Below, piece by piece: positions 12,761 to 22,025 of a DNA stretch of 64,000 nt. Position 1 is the stretch's first letter. Each line of letters opens with the position of its first letter. The notes under the pieces were generated by a model that ran no database searches, was not told the DNA's origin, and worked only from the letters and a program-made list of their open reading frames with translations. Source of the stretch: an uncultured delta proteobacterium (GTDB lineage: Bacteria; Myxococcota_A; Polyangia; Haliangiales; Haliangiaceae); the NCBI GenBank assembly GCA_963848295.1, contig CAWKDB010000010.1, positions 3,200,001-3,264,000 on the forward strand, given 5' to 3'. The position numbers were made by a program, and so were the translations under genes.

Positions 12761-13698
12761 CGATTGTCGCTCTCGGTGCCGCGCCGGCGTAGGTCCGACG
12801 GATCGACGTTGCGCGCGATCAGCGACTCCTCGAAGCGCAACGCCCCGCCGCGCCGCCACGTCTGATACTCGGATTCGCTGACCGGGATGACTTGCGCGAC
12901 GGTCAGCGCCGGCGGGCCCTCCTCGAGCGGCAGCGTGAAGTCCCACGCGCGGGGCGAGCAGATGTAGACGTGAGGCAGGCGCAGCGAGACTTCGGGAATC
13001 GCGAGCGCGCCGATCACATCGCGCACCATCGTCCCGGGCTCGGGGAAGAACCCGGTGTCGCCGAGATGGAACGCGAGGTTCGCGAGGATCTGGCAGCACG
13101 CGTCGCTGTCGAGCGTCGACGCCATCACGAGCTCCACTCGCGGCCGCTCGCGATCCGGCCACTCGTGATTCGCTAACCCGACGGTGACGAACGTCCACTG
13201 GCCGAACCTCGGCTTGTTCGACACGCGGCCGACTTCGATCGAGCGGGCTTCCGCGTTCGCGTGGCGATAGGTCCGCGCCGAAAACGGTCCGAGCACCGCG
13301 CGCAGCAGCTCGCCGGCGCGGGTCGACAGCTGCAAGAACGGCGCGAGCTGCACGACCCCGCGCGCCATCACGATCCAGGTCGGCTGGAGCGCGAGCGTGC
13401 GGCGGAGATAATTCTGCGCGACGACTTTGTTGCCGACGTCCGCATGTGCGAGCGCGCCGCCCCACAGCGCGGTCGCGCTCTCCGGCTTCAAGCCGATCGC
13501 GCGATCGAACGCGCGCGCCGCATCGTGCGCTTTGCCCAAGCATAACAACGAGTGTCCGAGCCCCTTCCAGCCCAGCGCGTGCTGCGGAAACACCACGACC
13601 GCGCGCTCGAACTTCGCCGCAGCATCGACGTACTTCTCGACGCGAAACAGCTCGTTGCCCTCCGCGACCAGTGCGTCAGCCGCAGCCTGACTCATCAT
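12757..13698 (-). CDS. TPR-repeat protein with a C-terminal suppressor-of-fused (SUFU)-like domain
   Basis: N-terminal TPR helices (GNELFR...YVDAAAKFERA; LGKAHDAARAFDRAIGLKP); C-terminal TFVTVGLA, RVELVM, QVIPVSESEY motifs. Confidence 0.7.
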   Translation of the reverse strand: MMSQAAADALVAEGNELFRVEKYVDAAAKFERAVVVFPQHALGWKGLGHSLLCLGKAHDAARAFDRAIGLKPESATALWGGALAHADVGNKVVAQNYLRRTLALQPTWIVMARGVVQLAPFLQLSTRAGELLRAVLGPFSARTYRHANAEARSIEVGRVSNKPRFGQWTFVTVGLANHEWPDRERPRVELVMASTLDSDACCQILANLAFHLGDTGFFPEPGTMVRDVIGALAIPEVSLRLPHVYICSPRAWDFTLPLEEGPPALTVAQVIPVSESEYQTWRRGGALRFEESLIARNVDPSDLRRRGTESDNR

Positions 13699-13755
13699 CC
13701 TTCGAGTATCACGCCACGGGCGCCGAGGCGACCGCGTCTGCTATGCTCGGCCTCG

Positions 13756-14268
13756 ATGACCGCTGGAGTTGGAGCCGACATCGAAGCGCTGTGTGCGAAG
13801 TGCGGAGATGTCTGGCACGTCGTCGTGGCCAAAGAACGCGACAAGATCGCGAAGGTCCAGTGCAAGCAATGCGGCGGCTATCACCGCTACAAGTCGGTCG
13901 CCGGTGCTTCGGCCGAGCAGAAGCATCCGCCGCGGTTCGGCGAGAAGCCCGAGAAGCCGGCGAAGGCCGCCAAGTCGACGGCGAAGGGGCCGGTCGAGCG
14001 GTTCGAGAAGCCGTCGGTCGCCGCCGATCTGTCGAAGCCCGTACGTACGTATCGCGCGAGCGAGAAGTTCGAGGCCGGCGAGCGCATCGATCATCCGACG
14101 TTCGGCCAAGGCGTGGTCGAGCTCTACGACGCCGGCAAGATCACGGTGTTCTTCAGCACCGGCCGGCGCGTGCTCGTCGCCGCGAAGGGCACCGAGAACG
14201 CGTTGTCGCGACCCAAGCCGTTCGACTACTCGAACGCCGCCGGCGGCAAGCGCGTCACCGAGAGCTGA
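13756..14268 (+). CDS. Zn-ribbon protein with a C-terminal SH3/tudor-like domain
   Basis: CAKC..H..CKQC..H; Lys/Pro-rich linker; FEAGERIDHPTFGQGVV. Confidence 0.7.
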   Translation: MTAGVGADIEALCAKCGDVWHVVVAKERDKIAKVQCKQCGGYHRYKSVAGASAEQKHPPRFGEKPEKPAKAAKSTAKGPVERFEKPSVAADLSKPVRTYRASEKFEAGERIDHPTFGQGVVELYDAGKITVFFSTGRRVLVAAKGTENALSRPKPFDYSNAAGGKRVTES

Positions 14269-14274
14269 GCTCGG

Positions 14275-14985
14275 TCAGTAGTCCTGCGGAATGCACACGG
14301 CTTCGGTCGTGCCGGTCGTGATCACGAAGTCGTTCTCGCAGTACGAGCCGGGGTTGCACGTCATCGCGACCGATCGGCCGCCGACGCAGCCGGACAGCGC
14401 CGTAAAGTTGTCGTCGCACGTCGCCTGATCGCTACCGGGACACGTGCCCGCATCGGTGCAGTACCCGGTGCCGGCGTCACTCGTCGCGCAGCCGCTCGAG
14501 CACGGGATGCGATCGACCACGTAGCCGTCGAAGCACGTCGCGACGGTGCCGTTGTCGCAGATCGGACCGATCGCCGCGACGCAGATCGGATTCGGTGCGG
14601 TCTCGGTGCTGCAGAACACCTTCGGATACGAACCCGAGGTGTCGGCGATGCAGGCGCCGGTGCAGTCGCGCTCCAGGCTATAGCCTGCTCCGCACGTCAG
14701 CTCGGTGTTCGCGTCGAAGCAGATCTCGTCCTCGATGCCCGCGCAACGGGGATCGGCAACCCCCGACGTCGAGCATACCGCGTCGCGCAGGCCCTGGTAC
14801 GTGACGTCGATACACGTCGCATCGCCGCAGTCCGTGCCTTTGTCGTTGAAGTCCCGGATGTTCGAAAAGTCATCCGGAGGACCGCACGAGTAGATCGTGT
14901 TGCCGTTGCACGTGGCTTCGTTGTCCTTGCAGCGATCGCCACAGCTGGGCGCGAACACGAGGCCGAGGACGAGCAAGAACCGCAT
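14275..14985 (-). CDS. Cysteine-rich lipoprotein
   Basis: Signal MRFLLVLGLVFAPSC; many C-x(4-6)-C modules. Confidence 0.7.
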   Translation of the reverse strand: MRFLLVLGLVFAPSCGDRCKDNEATCNGNTIYSCGPPDDFSNIRDFNDKGTDCGDATCIDVTYQGLRDAVCSTSGVADPRCAGIEDEICFDANTELTCGAGYSLERDCTGACIADTSGSYPKVFCSTETAPNPICVAAIGPICDNGTVATCFDGYVVDRIPCSSGCATSDAGTGYCTDAGTCPGSDQATCDDNFTALSGCVGGRSVAMTCNPGSYCENDFVITTGTTEAVCIPQDY

Positions 14986-15068
14986 CGCGTCGAGAGAATC
15001 GACCACGGCGGGCGGTCGCGCGAGGTCACATCGAGGCAACAGCTGGCGATTGCGGTAGGGTCCGCGCA

Positions 15069-15704
15069 ATGGCTCGCCTCGGCTTGCTCGGACCTGGCAT
15101 CGTCGTCGTCGGCGCCGGCGTCGCCGCGTTGGGCATCTGGTACTGGCACCACGCCCAGCCCGTGGTGGGTGCGAAGATCGACACGATTCGGGTCGATCCA
15201 CGTAGCGAGTTCGTCGTCTACGCCGAGGCGGGCGGCGGCGATCGCGACTTCGTCGAGCTCCACGTCGGTGGCGAGCTGAGATGGCAGGCGCTGGTGCCGC
15301 ACTACGAGGGGCGCGTCGGCGCGCCGGGCATCGCATGGAGTCAGGACGTCGCGACGGTGCGCGTGAACCGCGACGGGCGCGAAGAGTTGTTCGTGCTCTC
15401 GGTCAAAGATGCGACGAAGGTCGGCGGCATGCGACTCGCGGTCGAGCACGAGCCGATTCCGCTGCAGACCGAGGCGAATTCTACGATGGTCACGCTCAGC
15501 GATCACTTCCGGACCTACGAGCTCGTCGCGGGGGGCGATTGGCATCAGCTTGTCGCGGTCGACCTCACTAACGGAACCGGCTTATGGAAGCTCGAATTAG
15601 GCAAGTCCGCGATCACTGGTGCACGGCTAGCCGGTAACTCGTTGATCATCGACCAGGGCGATAAACGAACCATCGTCAACACCGCGAACGGCAGCGTGCA
15701 GTAG
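15069..15704 (+). CDS. Membrane-anchored hypothetical protein with PQQ-like beta-propeller motifs
   Basis: N-terminal TM helix; LVAVDLTNGTGLWKLEL motif. Confidence 0.6.
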   Translation: MARLGLLGPGIVVVGAGVAALGIWYWHHAQPVVGAKIDTIRVDPRSEFVVYAEAGGGDRDFVELHVGGELRWQALVPHYEGRVGAPGIAWSQDVATVRVNRDGREELFVLSVKDATKVGGMRLAVEHEPIPLQTEANSTMVTLSDHFRTYELVAGGDWHQLVAVDLTNGTGLWKLELGKSAITGARLAGNSLIIDQGDKRTIVNTANGSVQ

Positions 15705-15764
15705 CGCGTTCAGTGATGCGGCCGTGACGGAGTTGTCACGCAGGCGGTATAGTTTCGATCGGTT

Positions 15765-18020
15765 ATGGCACTCGAGCGTTCGACCATACCGCCCGAGGTT
15801 TCGGGCGTGCATCGGCTCGAGCTCGTTCCCGAGGCCGAGCTCCGGCCGTCGTTGCGCGCGATCGAGCAGCCGGGCCGAACGCCGGCCGCGCCCGGCATCG
15901 GCGAGATCGCACCGACCGATCTCGGCGCGCCCGAGCTGTACCTCAACCGCGAGCTGACCTACCTCAACTTCTGTTGGCGCGTGCTGACCGAGGCCGACGA
16001 CGTCGGCGTGCCGCTGCTCGAGCGCATGAAGTTCATCGCGATCGTCAGCTCGAACATCGACGAGTTCTTCCAGAAGCGGATCGGTGGTCTCAAGCAGCAA
16101 GTCGGCGCCCAGGTCCACACGACGACGCCCGACGGGCGCACCCCGCAGCAGCAGATCGCCGATTGCATCGACGTCATCAACGCGCTCGAGCGCCGCAAGA
16201 TCCAGATCCTCGATCGCGTGACCGCCGAGCTCAAGGCGATCGGCGTGTGGCTCGCGCCGTACAAAGAGCTCGATGCGACGCAGCAAGCGTGGGTGCGCGA
16301 GCATTACCTGCGCAACATCTTTCCGCTCGTCACGCCACAGGCGATGGATCCGGCGCACCCGTTTCCGTTCGTATCGAACCTCTCGCTCAACCTGCTCGTG
16401 TCGCTGCGCTACGAGAACGACTCGGAGTCGCTGCTCGCGCGCGTCAAGGTGCCGGTCGGCGGCGGGGTGTCGCGGTTCGTGCGGCTCGGCTCGTCGCGCA
16501 CGTTCGTCGATCTCGCCGACGTGATGGCGAACAACCTGGATCTGCTGTTCCCCGGGATGGAGATCGAGGCGTGCTCGATGTTCCGGGTGACGCGCAACGC
16601 GATCACCGAACGCGATGAAGAAGAAGCCGACGACTTGCTCGAGATGATCGAGATCGAGCTGCGCAATCGCAAGTTCGCCCCGGTCGTGCGGTTGCAGGTC
16701 GATCGCACGATGACGCACCTGCTCCGCGGCCGGATCGCCGCCGAGCTTGGACTCGACACCGAGCTCGACGTGTTCGAAGCCGACGGCATGCTCGGGCAAC
16801 GCGACGTCATGGAGGTCGCGACGCTCGACATGCCGGAGCTGCGCGATCCGCCGCACGCACCGGCGCAGCCGGTCGATTTCCTGAGCGAGGGCAACGTATT
16901 TCACGCCATCCGCGACGCGAAGCACCTGCTCGTGCATCACCCGTACGAATCGTTTCAGGAGTCGGTCGAGCGGTTCCTGCGCGAGGCGTCGGACGATCCC
17001 AAGGTTCGCGCGATCAAGATGACGCTGTACCGCACGTCTAAGGACTCCGAGGTGATCAAGCACCTCGTGCGCGCGGCGCGCAACGGCAAGCAGGTCGCGG
17101 TCGTGCTCGAGCTCAAGGCGCGGTTCGACGAAGAAGCGAACATCAAGTGGGCGACGCGCATGGAACGCGCCGGCATCCACGTCACGTACGGCGTCGTCGG
17201 GTTGAAGACGCACACGAAGATCACGCTCGTCGTACGCAACGACTTCGACGGCCTGCGCCGCTACGCGCACGTCTCGACCGGCAACTATCACGCGGGCACC
17301 GCGCGGCTCTACACCGACCTCGCGCTGTTCACGTGTGACGACGCGATCGGCCGCGACCTGACCGAGCTGTTCAATTATCTGACGACTGGCTACAAGCCGC
17401 GTCGCAAGTACCAGAAGCTGCTCGTCGCCCCGAAGCAGTTGAAGGCGGCGCTGCTCGAAAAGATCGAGCGAGAGATCGCGGTGCAATCGTCGGGCGAGCG
17501 CGGTCACATCCAGTGGAAGATCAACGCGCTCGAGGACGTCGACATCGTGCGCGCGCTGTATCGCGCGTCGCAGCGCGGCGTGACGATCGATCTCGTCGTG
17601 CGCGATACGTGTCGGCTGCGACCGGGACTCGAGGGCGTCTCGAGCACGATCAAGGTGGTCAGCGTGGTCGGCCGATTCCTCGAGCACGGCCGGATCTTCT
17701 ATTTCCATAACGGAGGTCGACCCGAGTACTACATCGGCTCGGCCGATGCGATGCAGCGCAACCTCGAGAAGCGAGTCGAGGTGTTGTGTCCGATCGAAGA
17801 CCCGCGGCTGCAGGGCGAGCTGCGCCACATCCTCGACATCGAGCTCTCCGATCAGCGCGGTGCGTGGGACATGCTGCCCGACGGTAGCTACTTGCATCGC
17901 ACCGGCCTCAACGCGAAGCACAGCCAGCAGCAGCTGATCGAGCGCACCGAGCGCCGGCTCAAAGAGGCGACCCGTTTGCGCCGCCGCAAGGTGCAAGCGA
18001 TCGCGCGCCGACGGCGCTAG
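15765..18020 (+). CDS. ppk1: Polyphosphate kinase 1
   Basis: NRELTYLNF, SNIDEFF, HPFPFVSNLS, HHPYESF, IKMTLYRT, ELKARFDEEAN, STGNYH, GRFLEHGR. Confidence 0.97.
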   Translation: MALERSTIPPEVSGVHRLELVPEAELRPSLRAIEQPGRTPAAPGIGEIAPTDLGAPELYLNRELTYLNFCWRVLTEADDVGVPLLERMKFIAIVSSNIDEFFQKRIGGLKQQVGAQVHTTTPDGRTPQQQIADCIDVINALERRKIQILDRVTAELKAIGVWLAPYKELDATQQAWVREHYLRNIFPLVTPQAMDPAHPFPFVSNLSLNLLVSLRYENDSESLLARVKVPVGGGVSRFVRLGSSRTFVDLADVMANNLDLLFPGMEIEACSMFRVTRNAITERDEEEADDLLEMIEIELRNRKFAPVVRLQVDRTMTHLLRGRIAAELGLDTELDVFEADGMLGQRDVMEVATLDMPELRDPPHAPAQPVDFLSEGNVFHAIRDAKHLLVHHPYESFQESVERFLREASDDPKVRAIKMTLYRTSKDSEVIKHLVRAARNGKQVAVVLELKARFDEEANIKWATRMERAGIHVTYGVVGLKTHTKITLVVRNDFDGLRRYAHVSTGNYHAGTARLYTDLALFTCDDAIGRDLTELFNYLTTGYKPRRKYQKLLVAPKQLKAALLEKIEREIAVQSSGERGHIQWKINALEDVDIVRALYRASQRGVTIDLVVRDTCRLRPGLEGVSSTIKVVSVVGRFLEHGRIFYFHNGGRPEYYIGSADAMQRNLEKRVEVLCPIEDPRLQGELRHILDIELSDQRGAWDMLPDGSYLHRTGLNAKHSQQQLIERTERRLKEATRLRRRKVQAIARRRR

Positions 18021-18037
18021 GTGGGTGCCGCTCCTAG

Positions 18038-18532
18038 CATCGGCTGCTGCCCGATCGCGAGACGCGCACCGTGTTCCTCGGCTCGATCGAGACGTGGACG
18101 AACGTGTGCGTGCTCGTCGTGCAGTCGCTGCTCGCCGCGCCGCTGCTGCGCCGCCTCGGGCCGGGCATCGTGTTGTGCGCGCTGCCGATCGCCCAGCTCG
18201 TCGGGATGAAGTTCGATCACACCGCCGACGAGCGGCTACCGGCGGGAAAGCCGATCGATCTCGATCTCAAGGCCGTCCCGCTGCGCGATGCGCTCCGGCT
18301 GATCACCGCCGGCAAGAACATCACGCTCGTGATGCCCGAGACGATCCAAGGCAGCGTGACGATCACCGGCAAAGCCATGCCGTGGCAGGACGCGCTGTCC
18401 GCGGTGCTCGAGGCGAAGGGCCTGTGGTACCGGTTCCGGCCCGAGGGCGCGATCTTGCGCATCGCGCCGCGCCACGAGCTCGACCGGGAAGACGAAGACA
18501 CGCTCGAACGAACGCGCCACCACTCGCATTAG
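18038..18532 (+). pseudogene. Chimeric fragment: piece of an NTT/TLC-like MFS transporter fused in frame to a secretin/PilQ-type STN domain
   Basis: PDRETRTVFLGSIETWTNVCVLVVQ...LLRRLGPG...LP, then GKPIDLDLKAVPLRDALRLI...GSVTI...PWQDALSAVL...ILRIAP. Confidence 0.55.
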
Positions 18533-18547
18533 CGACGTACCAGCTAG

Positions 18548-18573
18548 CTGGGGACGGAGTAACTTTTGACACC
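18548..18573 (+). repeat. Solo, diverged copy of the GGGGACG...TTGWCA repeat family
   Basis: ctggggacggagtaacttttgacacc vs ctggggacggtgttcactttgacaac at 45047. Confidence 0.55.
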
Positions 18574-18598
18574 TTCCTAAGCCGGCTATGCTGCGGCG

Positions 18599-19276
18599 AT
18601 GGCCAGCGCTGTCGTCTTGCTCTCGGGTGGGCTCGACTCCACCACCGTGCTCGCGATCGCGCGCTCGCAGGGCTTCGACTGCTACGCGCTGACCGTCCGT
18701 TACGGCCAGCTCCACGCCGTCGAGCTCGACGCGGCCCGTCGCGTCGCCGCGCTGGCCGGGGTGCGCGACCACCGCGTGGTCGACGTCGACCTGTCGCCGC
18801 TCGCGGCATCGGCGCTGACCCGCAAGGACGTCGCGATCCCCAAGGACCGCACGCTCGCCGACATCGGCGCGCCCGGCGACGTCCCGGCGACCTACGTCCC
18901 GGCCCGCAACACCGTGTTGCTCGCACTCGCGCTCGCCTGGGCCGAATCGCTCGGCGCGCGGGATCTGTTTCTCGGCGTCAACGTGCTCGACGCGAGCGGC
19001 TATCCCGACTGCCGGCCGGAGTTCATCGCCGCGTTCGAGGCGCTCGCGCAAGTCGCGACGCGCGCCGGCGGGTTCCAGATCCATGCGCCGCTGATCACAC
19101 TGACCAAGGCTGCGATCATCCGGCTCGGCCTCGGCCTCGGGGTCGACTACGCGCTGACTCACTCGTGTTACGACCCCGCGCCCGACGGCGCCGCGTGCGG
19201 CCGGTGCGATGCGTGCGCGCTTCGCCGCAAGGGTTTCGCGGAGGCCGGGGTCGCCGACCCGACCCGCTACGCGTAG
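18599..19276 (+). CDS. queC: 7-cyano-7-deazaguanine synthase
   Basis: [32 protein letters not shown]...CGRCDAC. Confidence 0.96.
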   Translation: MASAVVLLSGGLDSTTVLAIARSQGFDCYALTVRYGQLHAVELDAARRVAALAGVRDHRVVDVDLSPLAASALTRKDVAIPKDRTLADIGAPGDVPATYVPARNTVLLALALAWAESLGARDLFLGVNVLDASGYPDCRPEFIAAFEALAQVATRAGGFQIHAPLITLTKAAIIRLGLGLGVDYALTHSCYDPAPDGAACGRCDACALRRKGFAEAGVADPTRYA

Positions 19277-19288
19277 TATCTAGCCGGC

Positions 19289-20389
19289 ATGAAGCTCGGC
19301 ACGCTGCTGCTCCGCAACGCCGCGATCGGGCTCGCTCAGCTCGAGGCCGCGTTGCGCAACCAGGTGCTGTACGGCGGCCGGCTCGGCACGAACCTGGTCG
19401 AGCTCGGCTTCATCGATCTCGAGACCCTGTCGACGTACCTCGCGGAGCTGTCCGGATTCCCGGTGGCGACGCCGGGGTTACTCGACGGCGCCGACGCGGA
19501 TTTAATCTCCGCGGTCGGCGGCGAAGAGGCGCACCGGCTCCGCGTGATCCCGCTCGGCCATCTCGCAGACGGCGCGGAGTCGGTCGCGGTGGCGTTCGTC
19601 GATCCGACCGATCGCGATGCGATCGCGGCGCTCGAGACTCGCCTCGGCGTGAAGATCACGGCGTACGTCGTGCCCGAGTTGCGCGCGCTGTACTACCTCG
19701 AGAAACATTTCGGCCTGCCGCGGCGCGCTCGGTTCATTCGCACCGCGTCGACCAGCGCCGATGCGGGCCCGGCCGACGAGCGCCGGCGCTCGCAACCGGC
19801 CGGTGGCATCGCGATGCCTCCGGCGTTCACGCTCGAGCCGCGTCGGCGTCGCGCATCACAGGCGCCGCCGGTCCGCGCCGTGCCGATCGGTCTGTCGTAC
19901 GGCGCCGCATGCGAGCGGATCGACACCGCGACGAGTCGCGAGCAGATCGCCGAGGCGTTCGTCGATTACGCCCAAGGCCGCTGCGATGCGCTCGTCGTCT
20001 TGCTCGTTCGCGATGGCAATGCAGTCGGCTGGCGCGGCTACGTCGCTCCGCCGGCCTCGCCGAAAACGCCGTTCGAAGAGCTCTCGCTCCCGCTCGGCGG
20101 CGCCTCGTCCTTGCAGTCCGCCCACGATGCCGGTCAGGCATATATCGGGCCGCCGCCATCGCCCGCGCGCCCGGTCGAGAACACGTTGTGGACCGCGCTC
20201 GGCGCCGAGCCCGCGCCGGTCGAAGTGCTGGTCGTACCGGTGATGGTGAAGCAACGCGCGGTGAATCTGATCTACGTGCACACGCTTGGCGGTCCGCCGC
20301 CAAGCGCGCTGGTCAACGAGCTCAGCGATCTCGCGAGCCGAGCCCAGACCAGCTACCTGCGCTTGATCCGGCAGACCCGCGCGTCGTGA
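19289..20389 (+). CDS. MshEN/GSPII-E N-terminal domain protein (putative c-di-GMP receptor)
   Basis: KLGTLLL...QLEAALRNQ...GRLGTNLVELGFI, then VIPL and VAVAFVDPTD; no ATPase domain. Confidence 0.8.
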   Translation: MKLGTLLLRNAAIGLAQLEAALRNQVLYGGRLGTNLVELGFIDLETLSTYLAELSGFPVATPGLLDGADADLISAVGGEEAHRLRVIPLGHLADGAESVAVAFVDPTDRDAIAALETRLGVKITAYVVPELRALYYLEKHFGLPRRARFIRTASTSADAGPADERRRSQPAGGIAMPPAFTLEPRRRRASQAPPVRAVPIGLSYGAACERIDTATSREQIAEAFVDYAQGRCDALVVLLVRDGNAVGWRGYVAPPASPKTPFEELSLPLGGASSLQSAHDAGQAYIGPPPSPARPVENTLWTALGAEPAPVEVLVVPVMVKQRAVNLIYVHTLGGPPPSALVNELSDLASRAQTSYLRLIRQTRAS

Positions 20390-20433
20390 ACGTAGCGGTT
20401 GCGCCGAGGCGGTCGGTGTGTAGGATGCGCGCC

Positions 20434-21225
20434 ATGTCGGAGCCGAAAGTGTACGACCAAGCGCCGGGCAACGTGCTTCAGAACATGTATCTCAAGCACC
20501 GCTTGAGGAAGTGGGCGGCGAAGGGGATGCGCTTCATCGAGATGGGTGCGGGCAACGGCCACATCTCGAGCATCCTGCTCGAAGCCGGGCTGCACGGTAT
20601 CGGGTACGACCTCAGCGAGAAGGCGTGCGCGAACAACGCCGCGCGCAACGAGCTCTACATCGCCCGGCAACAGTATGCGGTCCGCAACGCGGACTTCCTC
20701 GAGTACGACGGCGACAAGGTCGACATCATCATCTCATCGCACGTGATGGAGCACCTGCCCGAGGACGACGTCGAGAGGTTCCTCGCGAAGTGCTCGTCGG
20801 TGCTCGAAGAAGGCGGCCGGATCATCTCGATCGTGCCCTCGGGCGGGAAGTACTGGGGCATCGAGGACGAGACCTCAGGGCACTACCGGCGCTACGAGTA
20901 CGGCGATTTTCAGTCGTTCTCGGAGCGCTTCAAGTTTCAGAACACGCATCTGTCCGGCCTGACATACCCGTTGTCGAACGTGCTGTTTGGCCTGTCGAAC
21001 TCGTTGGTGCGCAGGCACGACGGCTGGAAGATGCAGCTCAGCATGCGCGAGCGGACGGTCCAGTCGTCGTCGGGCGTGAAGCAGATCAAGTTCAAGACGG
21101 TGTTCCCGCACTACTTCAAGTACCTGATCAACGAAGCGACGATGTACCCGTTCTTCCTGATGCAGCTGATGTCGGCCAAGAGCCCCAACTGCATGGTTAT
21201 CTACTCGGAGCTTTCGAAGGCGTGA
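20434..21225 (+). CDS. Class I SAM-dependent methyltransferase
   Basis: IEMGAGNG motif I, GYDLS, SHVMEHL, DETSGHYRRY. Confidence 0.85.
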   Translation: MSEPKVYDQAPGNVLQNMYLKHRLRKWAAKGMRFIEMGAGNGHISSILLEAGLHGIGYDLSEKACANNAARNELYIARQQYAVRNADFLEYDGDKVDIIISSHVMEHLPEDDVERFLAKCSSVLEEGGRIISIVPSGGKYWGIEDETSGHYRRYEYGDFQSFSERFKFQNTHLSGLTYPLSNVLFGLSNSLVRRHDGWKMQLSMRERTVQSSSGVKQIKFKTVFPHYFKYLINEATMYPFFLMQLMSAKSPNCMVIYSELSKA

Positions 21226-21569
21226 CATGGCCGCTCCCGCTCTTTCAGATTGCTTGGAGTGCCAACGCGTGTGACGCAGGTCGGGTTGTCCTACATCGGC
21301 GCCGATCCCGATTTTCGACCCCACGTCAAGCCCTGCGCCGATGGTCGATGTTTCTTCTAATCATATGAAATTACTAGGAAACTTTGACTTGTGCGATCAT
21401 CGGGACAGGAACTTGACTGCGCCGCGCAACGAGGCAATCTGCGGCTCGTGGCACAACGTCTGTCCCTCCCCGCCCAGAAGATCGGTCCCGGTACGATCGC
21501 TGCGGCACTCGCGGCTCTCTCGATGGCTCTGATCGCCCATCTGATGTAAATCGTCGCGGCCAAGCCGCA

Positions 21570-21992
21570 TCAGGCGTTTTCGGTCCAGTACCGGACCCAG
21601 TCACCGTGCTCGATCAGCGTCCCTAGCTTGATCGCTCCCGGATCCGAGAGTGTGTAGATCCAAGTCCACACGAGCTCGCCGGTGTCGAGCGTCACCTGCC
21701 GGATCACTCGCGCGAAGTCTTGGCCTTCATAGGCATCGACCAGCCCGAACGTCGCCGCGAGCTCGGTGAGCCACAGCACTTCGCCGACGACGTTGCCGCT
21801 GCCATCGCCCTCGCTGAACCCCGGATAGCCGAGCGGGAACGCGTAGATCGATCCGGTGGTGTGAGCGGGCGCGGTGCGCGCGATCTGATTCGCAACGAGC
21901 GAGCGCGCGGTCTGGCCTTTGCGCATCGTGCCGTAGACGAACAGGCGATCGAGGACCTCGTGCGAGCCGGTCGTTCGCTCGACCTCGAACAT
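21570..21992 (-). CDS. Gamma-glutamylcyclotransferase (AIG2/YtfP-like)
   Basis: LFVYGTMRKG, YPG, VVGEV, DAYEG, GDW. Confidence 0.85.
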   Translation of the reverse strand: MFEVERTTGSHEVLDRLFVYGTMRKGQTARSLVANQIARTAPAHTTGSIYAFPLGYPGFSEGDGSGNVVGEVLWLTELAATFGLVDAYEGQDFARVIRQVTLDTGELVWTWIYTLSDPGAIKLGTLIEHGDWVRYWTENA

Positions 21993-22025
21993 TCCAGTCG
22001 CGCGGCGACGAGTCTCCGGCACGCC

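Noticed and set aside
18025..21225. 1066-aa ORF
   Set aside because: Off-frame read-through across queC and the MshEN gene; only the last ~263 codons (methyltransferase) look real
18599..21225. queC plus methyltransferase as a 7-deazaguanine DNA-modification or QatABCD-type defence locus
   Set aside because: QueC is the ordinary ~225-aa housekeeping type, and no dpdA, TatD or ATPase partners are adjacent
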